A stretch of 64,000 nt of DNA from the human T2T-CHM13v2.0 reference genome, Homo sapiens (GCF_009914755.1 NC_060946.1), one strand, 5' to 3'. Positions 11,397-26,986 are shown, counted from the stretch's first letter. The notes: generated from the letters alone by a model not told the origin. Translations and numbers: made by a program.

Positions 11397-13149
11397 TGCT
11401 GAGATCAACTCCCACTGCAGGGCTGTGCTGGTGTCTGGGCCGGGCACTGGCCCCTCACCCCAGCCCTGAGGGTTCACGAGGACTCAGCCTTCCTGGACTG
11501 GGTCGCACCTTCTCTTCCTGACCTCAGCTGCCTGCCTCCAGCTCCATGGGCTTTTGAAGACAAGGGACAAGAGATTGCTGACTTCTGGAAGACCAGCTGT
11601 TGTTGGCGAGGGAATCAGGCAGACCCTCTTCCTTTTTCTTGTCGAGGATCCAGCCTGAGAGAACCTCCTTCAGCCTCTCTGGCAGGTTGTCCTGCCTCCT
11701 GGGTCCCACTGTCAAGAAGAGACGGGTTTGCTTTTGACTCTGACTTCACGCAGCTCATATGGTGCCTTCCACAGCAAGGATTCCTCAGCTCCTCTGGGTC
11801 CTTCTCCCCGTCCCCGTGGTCACGGCCACCCTGCCGTCCAGGCAGTTTCCTTAGCAGCTTCCTGGGCCCCCGGCTGTATGAATTCCCTCCAGTGGGCTCT
11901 GAAGCCCTTGATCTTTCTTTTCTCAGCATTTATCATGGAGGGTGGAAGTGAACCATCTGCCAACAGTCCTCTGCTCAGGCACACCACGGGGCCAGGCTGG
12001 GCGTGTGATGGTCACGGGCCTGTGTAGTGTCCCTGAATAGGTAGCAAATAAAAGAGTGTTCATTCAAGGTGTGCTGAATGAACGAATACATGAAAAAACG
12101 CTTGGGGGTGGGGAGTGAATGGATTTCAAATTCTCAGGCTGCACTTTCCAAATCCGACACAGTCACATTCAGCCGCTTGTCAAGACTGTTTGACAGCCAC
12201 CCCTTTCCCGCATTCCCGGCCCCCTGAGCAGCCACGGCTGCTGTCACATCTGCCTCTTGATGTTGCTGGGCCTGGAGAGTTACCCATGCACACTGAACAT
12301 CAAGGTCAGTATTTTTAGACGCAATTCTTTAATTTTTGAAAATGCTCCAAAGAGATTTTAGTGATGGGAACATATTTGACAAATATAAATAAATGTAAGA
12401 GCTATAGAAATAAACTTCCCTAAAACCTCTCCGTTCTATTAACCATCTCCTGGAGGCCTGTGCACGTGTTCTGTGGAGAGGATGGGGTACCCCACAGCCC
12501 CTGAGGCTTGGGGAGGGAAGCCCTGGGGAGACCAGTGACAGAGTTGATGCAGGAAGTGCCATGTCCCTCCTGGGGCCTAGAGCCTGTACTACGTCATCAG
12601 GCTAAGACCTGAGACCGTGCCCTGCCCTGGACTCAGGGTTCCGAGGAGCTGGCAGAGCCCCCAGGGGTGGGGCAGAGCCAGGAGAGCAAGAATCTCCCTG
12701 ACAGGTGGGAAGCATGTGCCTGTTCACCCCTATGTCCGGCACAATGCTTGGCCCTGCAGGTCAACAGGAAGGTGAGTGCAAGGGCGCTGCCCTCTGTGAG
12801 CTCACAAGCCAGAGGTCAAGACCCTCAGACAGTGACATTTTGAGGGGTAACGCTGGGAGGCATTTGCAGAGCCCAGAATTGGGGTTCCCCGTTGGGACCC
12901 TGACCCTGGAAGGGGCCTTTGACCTGAGGGCAGAGCTATGAGCAGGTGTGTGGGGCTAGGACAGGAGCCTGCTCCCACAGGGAGACAGCACGCACACATG
13001 GCCTGGGCCGGGAGCCTGTGAACCGTCTGGGAGCTGGAAGCGTGGATTCAGAACGCCCAGCCATGGAGATTAGGTGGGGAACAGGGGAGCTACTTAGTGG
13101 AGCACGGACCAGGGACACCCAGGAGCCTCAAGTGCTCTGTGCTCCGGGC

Positions 13150-13168
13150 TTCCTCCAGAGGGCGGTGG
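13150..13168 (+). promoter_or_regulatory. Candidate CTCF motif
   Basis: CCTCCAGAGGGCGG fits the core CCWSYAGRKGGCRS; motif match only. Confidence 0.35.
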
Positions 13169-13809
13169 GGAGCCACTGATGCATACCCCCTGTAACAGAG
13201 CTTGCAGAGGGAGGCTCCTCCTCCTCCCTCCCACCCTGTGGCCTCAGCACCCTCAGAGCATCACCATCTGCCTAGTGGCCGAGGTAAGAAGCCAGGACTG
13301 TTCCCAGTGCCTTCCTCTGGGACCCTCCTCTGACACTGTGCCTGCTGGACCTTCCTTTCTTGGCCGACGGCACCCTGGCTGGCATCCCTGCGTCTGTCCT
13401 CTCTACGTGGCACTGGCTCACACTCTCGCTCCCTTCACCAAAGCCCCCACCTGCGGCCCTGTCTCTGGCCTTTCCCAAGGCCACAGAGGGATCTGAATCA
13501 GTGGGGTCAGACCCAGCCTGGCTTCTCAGCTCCTGGATGGCTTCCCATGCTCTCAGGCTGAGCTCTCAGCTTGGGGGGCTCACTCTCGCCCCAGCCTGAC
13601 TTTCTCTGTGTGGGCCTTTCTTGTGCTGACTGGCACCCAAATCTCTCTCCAGCTCCTTTATGTTCCCATCGCTGTAGTCCAACACCACCTCCTCCAGGGA
13701 GCCCTCCCAGATCCCTCAACCCAAGGTGGACTTTCCCAATAGCCCCTCAGGCCACTCTGCACCCTTCCTGCACAGCTACCATGAGGAACCTAAAACAACA
13801 ACTTATTCA

Positions 13810-13862
13810 ACGGGCAACAAGTGCTCAGTAAATATTTAAGGAGACAGTGAATGAATGAATAT
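13810..13862 (+). mobile_element. L2 3' terminus
   Basis: 'gtgctcagtaaatattt...tgaatgaatgaat'. Confidence 0.6.
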
Positions 13863-15544
13863 ATTTCTACCCCCTCAGCTCTCTGAGTCACACAGTGGAC
13901 AGTCCATAGGACATGAATAATGTATACATTTTTAATGGAATTAAAGTACACTCCAAGCATTTTTATCCTGAACACTCATGCATACACTTAAATTAAATAT
14001 TGAAATAACCACATGCACAAAATCTTCTGTGGTCATGGTTCTCATCCTGCATGAATCACTTCTGTCCAGAAGCGGGCATCCCTGTGTAACAGCCTTTGGA
14101 GGGCGTGGGAACGGACAGAGTTCATGCTCTACAAACATCTGAAAGTGGCGTTGACTTCCCTGCCTGCCTGAATGAGTGTGCAATGTAGATAAATCCTCTT
14201 TTGACTAACAGGTCTATGCTGGCCCATTAGGATCCACAGGAATGAACAGGAATCCCTTCGGGAATTTTTCAAGGCTTACAGGGTATATTTCCCATTGCTT
14301 CCGTAAAAATGTAAAGCTGTTCTTTCTGCAGTCTTTTGCCCGAAGCTATCGGTCTTTTGGGGTTTAGCAACCACCCTGAAAACCTGGACACTCATTTGAA
14401 TTGTTGCATCTTCACCTTGTGAATATTCTGCGCCTCTCCCTGCAGGTTCAGGAGAAGAGGTCCAAAGGCACCACCTCTACTTGATCGCAGTGAAACTTCC
14501 CACCACAGCCCCTCCAGGGAGCCACAGCGTTCATTGCTCACTCACAAATAGTACACAGCACACACGAGAAAAGTTAATTTACTGGTTTACCTACTTCTTT
14601 TTCTTCTCCCGCTTTGCCCTGTTTGATTCCATTTAAAAATGTTTCTACTTCATCCATCAGTGAGCTCCCTGTGTCGGCTAGAAAGTCTCTTTAGAAGCGT
14701 GTTTAGCATCTTTCAATACCGATATCTATTTCAGAGACTCTTTGCTCCTCCAATATCTGCCTTATCTCCTTTACTATTTTTCATTATTTGTCCCAGCTAT
14801 CTGCCTCATCACTGTCTGCATTTTTAATATCCTCTTTGTCTCCTCCACTTCTGTATATTCTTGTTTGCTCAGTAAGCCTTATTCAATATTTCATTGTATG
14901 TGTTAACTGTTAACTCAGCCCTAATTAATCTCACTTTTCAACTTGGTTCAGTTTAAGGTTCTAGACATGTCAATATGAAGGGTGTATCTGGGGGGAGCGA
15001 GAAGTTCAGCAGCAAGGGTATTTAGAGTGCCACATGCAGTCTCATTTTCTCGCAGAAATCCAAATTGCTTTGCCTTTTCCTTCAGAGAGCATTTTCCTTT
15101 GTTTCCGACTTGCCCATTGGGCGCAGCACACCTGTGTGGACACACTGTCGGCACACACGCTGGCCAGTCCTCCACCGAGGGTCAGGAGCACTGAGGAGGC
15201 ATCTCCCTGGCCACGGGCAGTGCCACAGGAGCTGCACTCAGGCTCCCAACCTTCACAGGTGCGTAAGGTGCACTGGGGCATGCTCAGAGCCCCCTGTCAT
15301 CTGTCCACGCGGGTGAGGACATGCTGGGTGGTCTGGTGGCTCAGTATGAGGCAGACCACTTGACTGGGATGGTGTCTTCAGGAAATCCTGGAAACAAGAC
15401 AGAGGTTTGAAAACCTCACTGCAAAGACACAATAAGCTACGTATACATAGTGGTATACATATGCACGCACATACATGCACGTCCACAATCCATGTTCCTA
15501 TGCACCTGTTCCTGCCCATGCAGGTTCATGCACACATATTCCCT

Positions 15545-15749
15545 GCAAATGTTTGTCAGGCACCTGCCAGGTGCCTCATGCTGTTCCAGGTGCTGGGATT
15601 GAGCCATGAACACCTGATACAGACAATGTCCCTATTCTTACAGATCTCGTATTCTAGGTGTCCCTGTTCTTACAGATCTCATATTCTAGAGACTAGAGAT
15701 GGACAGATGGTGACAAATGAGCAAACACATGTATACTACATTAGGAGAA
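15545..15749 (-). mobile_element. L2 fragment with a 32-bp tandem duplication (15627-15690)
   Basis: 'caaatgtttgtcaggcacctgccaggtgcc...ccaggtgctggga'; tgtccct(a/g)ttcttacagatctc(g/a)tattctag occurs twice. Confidence 0.7.
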
Positions 15750-16125
15750 TGTGTGAGTCCATTCTCACACTGCTAATAAAGACATACCCGAGACTGGGTA
15801 ATTTATGGAGGAAAGACGTTTGATTGACTCACAGTTCAGCATGGCTGGAGGGGTCTCAGGAAACTTCCAATCATGGCAGAAGGGGAAGCAAACACATCCT
15901 TCTTCATGTGGCGGCAGCGAGGAGAAGTGCCGAGAAAAAGGGGGAAAAGCCCCTTATAAAACCATCAGATCTCACGAGAACTCACTAACACGAGAACCGC
16001 AGCATCTGGGTAACCACCCCCATGATTCAATTATCTCCCACGGGGTACCTCGAACAATACGTGGGGATTTATGGGAACTACAATTCAAGATGAGATTTGG
16101 GTGGGGACGCCAGCAAACCATATCA
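15750..16125 (-). mobile_element. THE1C-like solo LTR
   Basis: 'ctgctaataaagacatacccgagactgggtaattt...gggggaaaagccccttataaaaccatcagatctc...aaaccatatca'. Confidence 0.92.
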
Positions 16126-16639
16126 GAGGGCTAAGTGCTGAGAAGGAGGGAGGGAGGAGAGCAGATGTGGGCATACAGATGTGAGAGGCATACCTTAACC
16201 AAGTGTCAAGAGAAGGCCTGCCGCATCAGAGCTTTCAGTCAGAGCCCTCCAGTAGGAGAGTGAATTCTGTGCACAGCTAGGAAACATCTCAGCGGCAGAG
16301 ACAGGGAGCACGGGGTCCTGTCCAGATGTCCACACTGCACGGATGCGCACACACGGTGAACAAGGGTCTGTGCATGCTCACACAGCGAACCAGCACATCT
16401 ACCCAGATGCGCACATCTGTGCATGTACACTGGGCACAGGACTCTGCATCCAGATACAAGCGTGTGCACAGAGACGCACAGGAGGCAGATGCACGTGCAG
16501 AGGATGAGAACCTGAGCCCACGGACCAGGCCAGCCCAGCCTCCGTGTTGGGCAGCAGCCCCCACGTCCTCAGGCGCTGCTGGGCAGTAACAGAGGCACCA
16601 GGTAAATCTTTATCTGGTGGAAAGGCAGCATCTCATTTG

Positions 16640-17919
<1,280 letters not shown>

Positions 17920-17989
17920 TTTTACTTTTCGGATTGTGTATAAGAAACTCTTTCTGTTCTTAGGTCGTAAAGACCGTCTCCATCGCTTC

Positions 17990-18960
17990 TTCCGTTCGTG
18001 CGGTGGCCTCTCCTCTCACCATGGTGGCCTGGAGGCACCCAGATTTCTCTGGCCACGCGGCGCTCCAAGTCAGGAGTCAGCGCACAAGCCACGCGCGGAC
18101 ACCAGAACAGCCTGGAGGAAAAGCAGCCTCGTTCTGTTACCTTCTGCTGGTTACCCAGAGCCCGGTCCCTGCAGCCTGTGGGGAGAGACACAGACCCCCA
18201 CTCTGCATCCGGGCGGAGTCACCCAGCGTTTACCCGCGTGTATTTCAAACTGCCGCAAGGACTACGTTTACTTTTCTCGCCCTGCTTCCGTGTTCTGCCA
18301 TTTTTGAGGTCTCCACCACGGTCCCCTGGCCCCGGCCTAGACCCGGGCCTTTCCCCAGGGGTCCTGCTCCTCCGTGGCCCTGGACCGCTTGGCCCCTGTG
18401 CTCCTCTTTCCCTGGCTCCAGGATGCAGCCAGCTTCTCTTCAAGAAACTCAACCCCGGCTTGTGTTACCCCGAGGGTGTTTCCAGGCGTGCGAGGGGTGT
18501 GAGGGGTGGGACTGCACAGCGCGTCCCAGCCTCGGTCCCGGGCCCGGCCCCGGCAGACTCTGGAGAAGCCCAGGAGCGCGTGTCCCCGCCGGCCCCGCTC
18601 AGCCTGACCTGCTTTTCCCCACAGAGGTGCCGGGGTTCGGTGCAGTCTGGCCGTGTCCTCCTCTTCTCGCGGTTTCAGATTCTTCTTGCGTGACATTTTA
18701 TCACACAAGACCGTGTTCGGGGATGGGGTGTTCTGAGCACGCCCTTACCGAGCCAGGCTCACCCAGTTCCCCATCTAGAGCTCCCTGCTGGCATCTCTCA
18801 CCTGGGACCCCAGCCTGCAAGACTCCGACACCCACGCCCTTAGGGTGATGTGGCCGCGCCCAGCCTGCGCTCAGCACCACGGGAAGGAGGGCGGCAGGCG
18901 GAAGCCCCGGCCATCTTGGGAAGGGCCTTTTGGGACCGTGTGTTCCGCTGAGAACCACAG
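17990..18960. promoter_or_regulatory. CpG-island-like GC-rich block
   Basis: Visibly high CpG density in non-repeat sequence, e.g. 'gcgcgtgtccccgccggccccgc'; O/E not computed. Confidence 0.6.
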
Positions 18961-19336
18961 ACCCATGCTTCAGACGCTACAGATTTCTCTCTCAAATGCC
19001 TGGATTCAAAATATAAAAGTGTGTTTGAGCAAACAGCAAAATATTTGGGAAATTCTCCCAGCGAGGCTTCTAATGACCCCGTAGGAAAAGCCAGGCTGCT
19101 CTCTGCTGCGCCTCCAGCGAACTTCCCACCGGGCAGGACTCTGGGAAGAAGAGCAAAGGGTTCTATTTTGCGTAGAATTTAAATAAAATTGCTTCACAGA
19201 CGGGAAACGTCAAGCAGGCAGCACTCTGAGCCCATGCGTGCTTTTAATGCCTGAATGACATCGCAATTCAGTCTGAGTTCCCGCCTGGGCTCAGGGCCTT
19301 CTGAACTGCCGGGGGCTGTGAAATGCTTTATAATCA

Positions 19337-19721
<385 letters not shown>

Positions 19722-19998
19722 GGCTTCCACCCTCATAAACAGATTAATGTCATTATCGAGAGAGTGGGTTTGTTACCTCAAGAGTGGGGTTTCTAAAGTG
19801 AGCCTGGCCTCTCCTGCTCGGACTCAGGCCCTGGCTCCTGCCCTCCATCCTTCTCCCATGGGATGACCTTTGCCAGATGCCAGCACCATTGTCCTGGACT
19901 TTGTAGTCTCCAGAAGTGCGAATGAAATAAATCTCATTTCTTTATAAATTACCCAGCCGGTGGCATTTCATTACAGCAGCAGAAAACAGAATAAGACA
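19722..19998 (+). mobile_element. MST (MSTD-like) LTR, 3' part
   Basis: 'ccctcataaacagattaatgtcattat...aataaat...ttctttataaattacccag...aacagaataagaca'. Confidence 0.8.
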
Positions 19999-20194
19999 GT
20001 GGTCCTCTCTGTTATTTCTTGGTGTCTGTTTTTATGAATTTAAGGACATAATTATAGATTTTCTATTCATTAGCTTCTTTAGGTTTATTCTGTTATTCTC
20101 TGATGTTTTAAGTCAAGCTTTATTTTAAAGTTTTTCTTACTTCCTACATATGTTAAAGGTGACACATTTTCATGTAAATGAGGGATTTCTGCTA

Positions 20195-20645
20195 ACCGTA
20201 GCTTACGGGAACAGAGCCACACCTCTTCATTTTCATACTGCCTGTGGTCGCTTTCTGACCAATCCAGCAGAGAAGAGGAGATGCAACAGAGACTATCCCA
20301 CAAAGCCAAATATATTTTTATTTTTGTTTGTAAAAAATATTAGTAATAATATTTTTAAATGGGAAATGATCATCATCTGCACTTGTGAAATGCCATGTGG
20401 TATTTGGATGTATGTGCAAAACATGGAGTGATTAATTAAAGCCAATTAATATATCCATTGATTCTCTTAGTTATTTTGAAATATACAACACATTATTGTT
20501 AACCAGAGTCACCTGCTTTGCAGTAGGTCTCAAGCATGCTACTACCTGCCCCTCCACAAGACAGTTTTGCTAGTCACCTGCTTTGCAATAGGCCTCAAGC
20601 ACACTACTACCTGCCCCTCCACAGAGACAGTTTGCTGACCCTTCC
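20195..20645 (+). mobile_element. MER58A interrupted by an antisense L1MA 3' fragment (~20320-20535)
   Basis: MER58 'ggaacagagccacac...cagcagagaagaggagatgcaacagagac...caaagcc' and end 'gtttgctgaccc'; L1MA 'ttattttgaaatatacaacacattattgttaac'. Confidence 0.7.
20507..20636. repeat. 65-bp tandem duplication
   Basis: agtcacctgctttgca...tactacctgcccctccaca...gacagttt(t)gct occurs twice. Confidence 0.92.
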
Positions 20646-20649
20646 TAGG

Positions 20650-21690
20650 TGAAGCATTCTCTGCATTCACTCCAGAAGTCTCAATATGCAGCATTTATGT
20701 GGTCATTGTGTTTCAAATATTTTCAAATTTTGATTGTAATCTTCCTTGATTTACGATTCTTTCAGAAATAGGTTTTTATGGTTCCATATTTATGGGGCTG
20801 TTTTTCTCATTATTTCTAATTTCGATATGTGGAGTTCAGAGAATGTAGTCCATAAATACTTATTTTTTTAGTAATTGTTGGAATTTTTCTAAATGTCTCA
20901 TGAATGCTTGATTCTTAGGTTCACAGATTTGAAGCAGCTATTATAGAAAACTTATTAATTATCTTGACAAGAATCCTTCGCTACTAATTTTGGGTCTGTG
21001 TAGCCACTTTAGGATTGATAGTTGTGTCGAACACTCTCATCATGATTTTGTATTCGTGTTTTTCTCCTTGAGTTTTTATCCATTGCATCCATTTGAAATT
21101 ATGTTAATATACTAAGTTTCACAATTATGCTATGACCCTGATAAATAATTTCGTTTCTCGTGATGCAGTGGCTCTCTTTATTCTTGATAATGTGGTTTGA
21201 TTTAATATCTATTTGTCTGGTATAATCGGGCGATTCCAGCCTTGCTTGGGTTAGTGTTTTTCTCATACTTTCTGTATCTTGCTTTCATTCTTTCCATGTT
21301 ATGTTCTTTTTGATATGTCTCTTGTCAACAATGCATGTTTTACATATGTGTAGACACCTGGGGAGGTAGATTTCCTATATTTTCTCTAATAAATTTCTTT
21401 ACTTGCATTTCTTTTAGTTAACAATGTATTAAATTCAGTTATGCAACCTTACTTAGGGCTTTGTACTACCCGTACTTCTAAGACGTCGCTCTCTTGAGCT
21501 TTTTACTGGTTTAGGTAGTATACGTCATTTCTATTCTTTAAGCAATTACACCTAAATTTCATAATATCTACACTAAACCTATCAACATCTAAATGTACCT
21601 AGTAACTTTAACTCCCTCTACAACTATACAAAACCTACACAACATGTTAACTCCAACAATCTCCTTCCCATTTTACAAGGTTTCTCTGTT
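20650..21690 (-). mobile_element. Ancient L1M fragments
   Basis: Long T-rich degenerate sequence with L1 antisense-like motifs. Confidence 0.55.
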
Positions 21691-22204
21691 GAGGTTTCAT
21701 AGAGGGCCAATGAAAAACTCCATTCTGACCCGTGCTCAAGCTGAGCCAATTTAAAAATAAGACAAAATTAATGCTTATTAAAAGAAAGCTTGAAGGTAAT
21801 TCCTGGAGAACTTGTGACACGTTTGGAAAAGGTTGAAGGACTGGAGCTGGGTGGGCTGGTGGCTTTCAGAAAAGATGTGGGACACGTAAAGTGAGACAGG
21901 GCCAGGGACAGGAGAGGAGTCTCCTGCTTCTCTGAAAGTCCTTCTCCGTTTCATCCATGTTGAGTAAGTGCCATCATGTCTGGGCACTCAGGACACAATG
22001 GTGAATGAGAGTGCCCCGGCCCTGTCTCCTGGAAGCTGGGGTTGATGGGGACCTCCCAACTGCAGGCCAGCGGTGCCCTGCCCTCTACTGAGCATAGGGA
22101 CACGGGGTTCTGGTCTCCTTAGCACCCAGGCTGACCCCTCTACAGGAGCCTCTGTGATGAGGACCAGGGACGGCACCTGCATCACTCTCAAAGGGAAATT
22201 CATC

Positions 22205-22362
22205 TCACTCCCTCCATCCCTCCCTTCTCTCTCCTTCCCACCCTCCCTCTCTTCCTTCCTCTCTCTCTCTCTTCCTCCCTCTCTCTCTCTCCCTCCCTCT
22301 TCCTTCCTCCCTTCCTCTGCCCCCTCCACCCTACCCTCCCTCCCTCCCTTTCTTTCTCTCCA
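22205..22362. repeat. CT-rich simple repeat
   Basis: Read directly. Confidence 0.9.
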
Positions 22363-22364
22363 TC

Positions 22365-22710
22365 TATTATGGACTGAATGATTGTGAATCCCCAGATCCC
22401 TCTGTTGAAGCCCTAATCGCAGTGTAACGCTATTTGTGGATGGGGCCTTTGGAAGGTGATGAGGTCATGAACCCTCACGAATAGGATTAGTGACCTTGGA
22501 ATAAGAGACACAAGATAAATGATTCCCTTCTGCCACTGAGGACACAACGAGAAGGCGCCATCTCCAAGCCAGGAAGGGGGCCCTCAGCAGACACCGAGTC
22601 AGCACCGTGATGATCCTGGGCTTCCCAGACACCACACCTGAGAGAAATAAATGCCTAGTGTTTCAGCCCCCAGTCTATGGTAATTAGTGATTGCAGCTCA
22701 AACTAAGACA
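22365..22710 (+). mobile_element. MLT1A0-like solo LTR
   Basis: 'atggactgaatg...gttgaagccctaa...gaggacacaacgagaaggcgccatct...gagaaataaatg...aactaagaca'. Confidence 0.88.
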
Positions 22711-22790
22711 CCCTTCGCCTTGACATAACCATAGCGACACTTTGGATAAAACTTCCTTCATTTTGGATGTGACTCTGGACACTTCCTGGT

Positions 22791-22994
22791 CTTCGTACAC
22801 TGCAGACATGAAGTGTCATCCAGCGGCATGTGCTGGACTGGGGCACCCTTGGTGTTGCCTTCATACACTGCAGACATGAAGTGTCATCCAGCTGCATGTG
22901 CTGGGCTGGGGCACCCTTGGTGTTGTCTTCATACACTGCAGACATGAAGTGTCATCCAGCTGCATGTGCTGGGCTGGGGCACCCTTGGTGTTGT
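22791..22994. repeat. 68-bp minisatellite, 3 copies
   Basis: cttcatacactgcagacatgaagtgtcatccagctgcatgtgctgggctggggcacccttggtgttgt. Confidence 0.95.
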
Positions 22995-23270
22995 CTGCTG
23001 TCACACTGGGAGCCTGGACCCTGCGGGCAGGGCTCACAGAGGTTGCAGGGCCATCCTCTCGTGGAAAATGTCTCTAGACTGCTTTACTTTTTTGATCCTT
23101 AATAAAATAAAATACACTTTCTTAGCTCCCTATTCTTGCATACTTTTTCCTGGGGAACCCAAGGACCCAGCAGGTTAGAAACACAGGGTGGTCAGCTTGA
23201 TGCTCCAGGAGGCAGCCTCCAGGGGGGCTGCTGTGGGCAGTTCCTCCACAGCTCACACTCTGCAGAAGCC

Positions 23271-23418
23271 GGGTGAGTGTCCCTCCTAAATACTCCGGAG
23301 CAGGGTGCTCCTGGCCCTGACCATGGCATCATGGCCCTAGGATTGGGTGAGTGCTCCTCGTCAACGCTCCAGAATAGGGCGCTCCTGCCCCTGACTATGG
23401 CATCATGGCCCTAGGATC
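23271..23418. repeat. 74-bp tandem duplication, diverged
   Basis: gggtgagtg...ccctgac(c/t)atggcatcatggccctaggat occurs twice. Confidence 0.88.
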
Positions 23419-23781
23419 AGCCTTTCACTCAATCTTGGACAACGAGTTTTTCTTCCAATGTGGTTTAGCCTTGGTGGTGAATGTTGTTGCTCCAGCAGCC
23501 AAAACTGAAGGTGCAAATGCAGGAACAGTCAGCCCCACCCTGCTGTGTGTGAGGATGATGCTGCCCTGTGCAGTGAAGAAAGCAGGGTGCTGCTGGAAGC
23601 CAAGGCTGAAGGTGGCTTTGTGTCTGGATCCAGCTGTTCCTGAAGCTGCCTGTATTCCTCTCTTCCCAAGAGCCTTGCTCTTCTTACTCTGCCCTGGCAC
23701 ATGCAGTCTTTACGCAGAGACCTTCAACATTTCTTTAGATCACATAGAAGCTCTTTGGAAGTTTTAAAACAGCAACCTATA

Positions 23782-24120
<339 letters not shown>

Positions 24121-25104
24121 TCACGAGCAGATGCTGCTCTTCTGAAGCCTCCACCAGCAGGAGGCCACTTGATGCCTTTCAGGGGACCAGGGGAAAGGCT
24201 TCCTCTCTGCACTAGGGATGGTGATTGCAGCTGCCAGGGGAAATTCACTTCCTCATTGTTGAGTTGAATTGGATTGAATGTTAAATGATTTCTGAATCCT
24301 TACCTCCTGTTTTAAAGGAGAATTTTCTCATTACCAAAGAGCATTTGTTGAGCATATAAAACACTTGGAATGGACTGAAGCTGGGGTGTAAATGTGGAGC
24401 TCTGAGCCTGCTTCCCCTTCCTGTATCTCAAAGAAATAAGCCCCGGATGGCTCGCAGCTCCTGTGTTTGGGACCAATGTGTCTTCTTCAAGTCAAATCTT
24501 TCATCAACATCATCCTCTATGGATGTCTCCCCCTGGTCTTCACCCCGCCTGGCCCACGGCCGGTGCTTCTCGCCTGGGCTTGCTCTCATTCAGGCCACTG
24601 GAAATGCCTGTGGCTCAAGCACCAGGTATTTTTGAAAGATTTTGAAGACGGGGTTATCTAACTTGGCATAAGAAACATGAGAAATGAATATGAAAAAACC
24701 TTAACATTAACAAAAAATGCATGCTTACAGGGTGGTGGGCTCCCTTGCAGAGGAAGCAGGGTGGCCGTCCTGGGAGCCGGCCACCGTCCTGTGAGTCATC
24801 TGAGGACAGCCGTTTCTTTCCACTCCATATTTCTCAGGACCTGGCCAAGGGCAGTGAGTGGAAAACAGGGAAATGCCACATTGGTCGAATGAGTGATATG
24901 GGAATAAGTCCTTCTTTGGGTAAAGTCGCCAACGTCACAATCCTGCACATAGGGGAAGTTACCGAGGACTCCTGCTTATGTACATCTGTGCAAGGGTTCA
25001 AGATGGTTTCTGTTAGAGCCTGGGCTTGAACATTCCTCTGTCTCCCTTGAGTGCCGATGTGGGCCCCTCTGACCCTATGCACCCCATCCATGAGCTGCTG
25101 CAGG

Positions 25105-25260
25105 ACTGGAAGAACCAGTCCTTGGGGTCAGGAAGGCAGGAGTTCGAGCCTGGCTTTGGTCAGCTACTGAGACACCATGCTGCAAAGCTCGTCAAGACTC
25201 AGTCTCCACATCTGTAAAGTCGGCATAAGTTTCCAGTGCTGGAGCCTCTGATGGGATTCC
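25105..25260 (+). mobile_element. MIR fragment
   Basis: 'ttggggtcagg...gttcgagcctggct...ctcagtctccacatctgtaaa'. Confidence 0.6.
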
Positions 25261-25568
25261 ATAACTGACATCCCTCTTCCCTGGCCAAGATCAGAACACC
25301 TTGGAAAATGAGACAAAGCTCTAAAGAATGGTACAAACCCAGCCTCTGAGGTCCTGAGGGACCCACTCGCATCCCCAGGGGCTGCCCAGGAATCCCACCA
25401 CCCAGACCTGGGGCCTCCCAGGGAAGTCTGCAGAGAATGAGGACTCAGAAAGGGTTTTAATCAACATATATATAACTAATAATAGAATTTATTCTTGGAC
25501 CTTTTTCTTTTGGTATTGAGAGCTTAACTTGAAAAGGTTTTAGTTTCTCCCCAAGACTTTGATAATGG

Positions 25569-25928
<360 letters not shown>

Positions 25929-26986
25929 TTAGCATTTTCTTATTTGATGGCTTTATGCATTCACACTGATGCTGTCATTTCATCCCAGTGCAAATCCTCT
26001 GCTGGGTTGCAGGGACTCCAGAGATTGATACGGTAAGGAAGGAAAGAGAGAAGGGAACACGTTTTCAGCTTTGGCTACAGAGTGTCCACTTGAGTGGACA
26101 GCTCTCTGCTTCCCAATGCTTTGCAGAGTTCACGAGGACAGAGACCACTTACAGAGTCATTTTACACCTCGCGTAGCAGGTAAAATCCCTCTGTGAGGCA
26201 CTGTGGACTCAGCCAACATCCTCCTTGCTGGGGCTCATGTCTCAGTTCACTTCCTCCATTTTTTTGGGTTGTCCCCCATCATATGTTTAGCAAAAGGTGC
26301 TGATAAGAGAATTTCCAAGAGATGTCACTGGAGGAAAAGAATATGCATCAAGTCTGTCCTCTCGTTCCACGTGGGCATAAAGGATCCTGGCTTCATGGGG
26401 CGTGGCGGAGAAGGGAGGAGATTTCCTTTGCAGGGGACTTGGCTGGTGGTATGATGCTGTCACCTGCCAAGCGTCTAATGCTTCATAGTGATTTTAATTC
26501 CAGCAGCATGGGATGGGAACAGAGCACAGGGCAGTGAGTTTATCTCCCTCAGAGACAGATGACACCCAACCCTTCTTCATTTCTGAGGACAGCGTGGTTG
26601 GCAGAGGAGCACCCAGAAGGGCACAGCTGGTATTTTCAGAGGGTTTCCTCTGGACTTGGTCTGTCTTCTGCAGTGGGGAACCATGAAGGCGCCTACCTGT
26701 AAGTGGCCTCCGTTTCTCTCCTCTCACTCCATAGTCGGGCTTTTCTCCTTCCACCCTCCAGCCCTCCTGCCCCAGAGGAGAGCGGCACAGTTCGCCCTCT
26801 GTCCAGGTGAGCCCTCTTCCCTGCTCTGAAGTAAGCCAAGACTGTCATAGTTCACGTGGATAAAATTTCAGATGTTTGGTTTGTGTGTGTTTGCGTGGGT
26901 AGACACATAGATAGTTTCACATAAAAATGTCGATTACATTTTGGGCACAATCTCATAGATCATTTTCCTTTTTACTTGCTGTATGA

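Noticed and set aside
12745-12780. Possible 12-nt microexon (cctgcag|gtcaacaggaag|gtgagt)
   Set aside because: Weak polypyrimidine tract and no host gene evidence; such matches are expected by chance in 64 kb.
17936-18848. Overlapping 231-aa and 281-aa ORFs
   Set aside because: Several frames on both strands are open because high GC depletes stop codons; non-ATG starts and no domain similarity.
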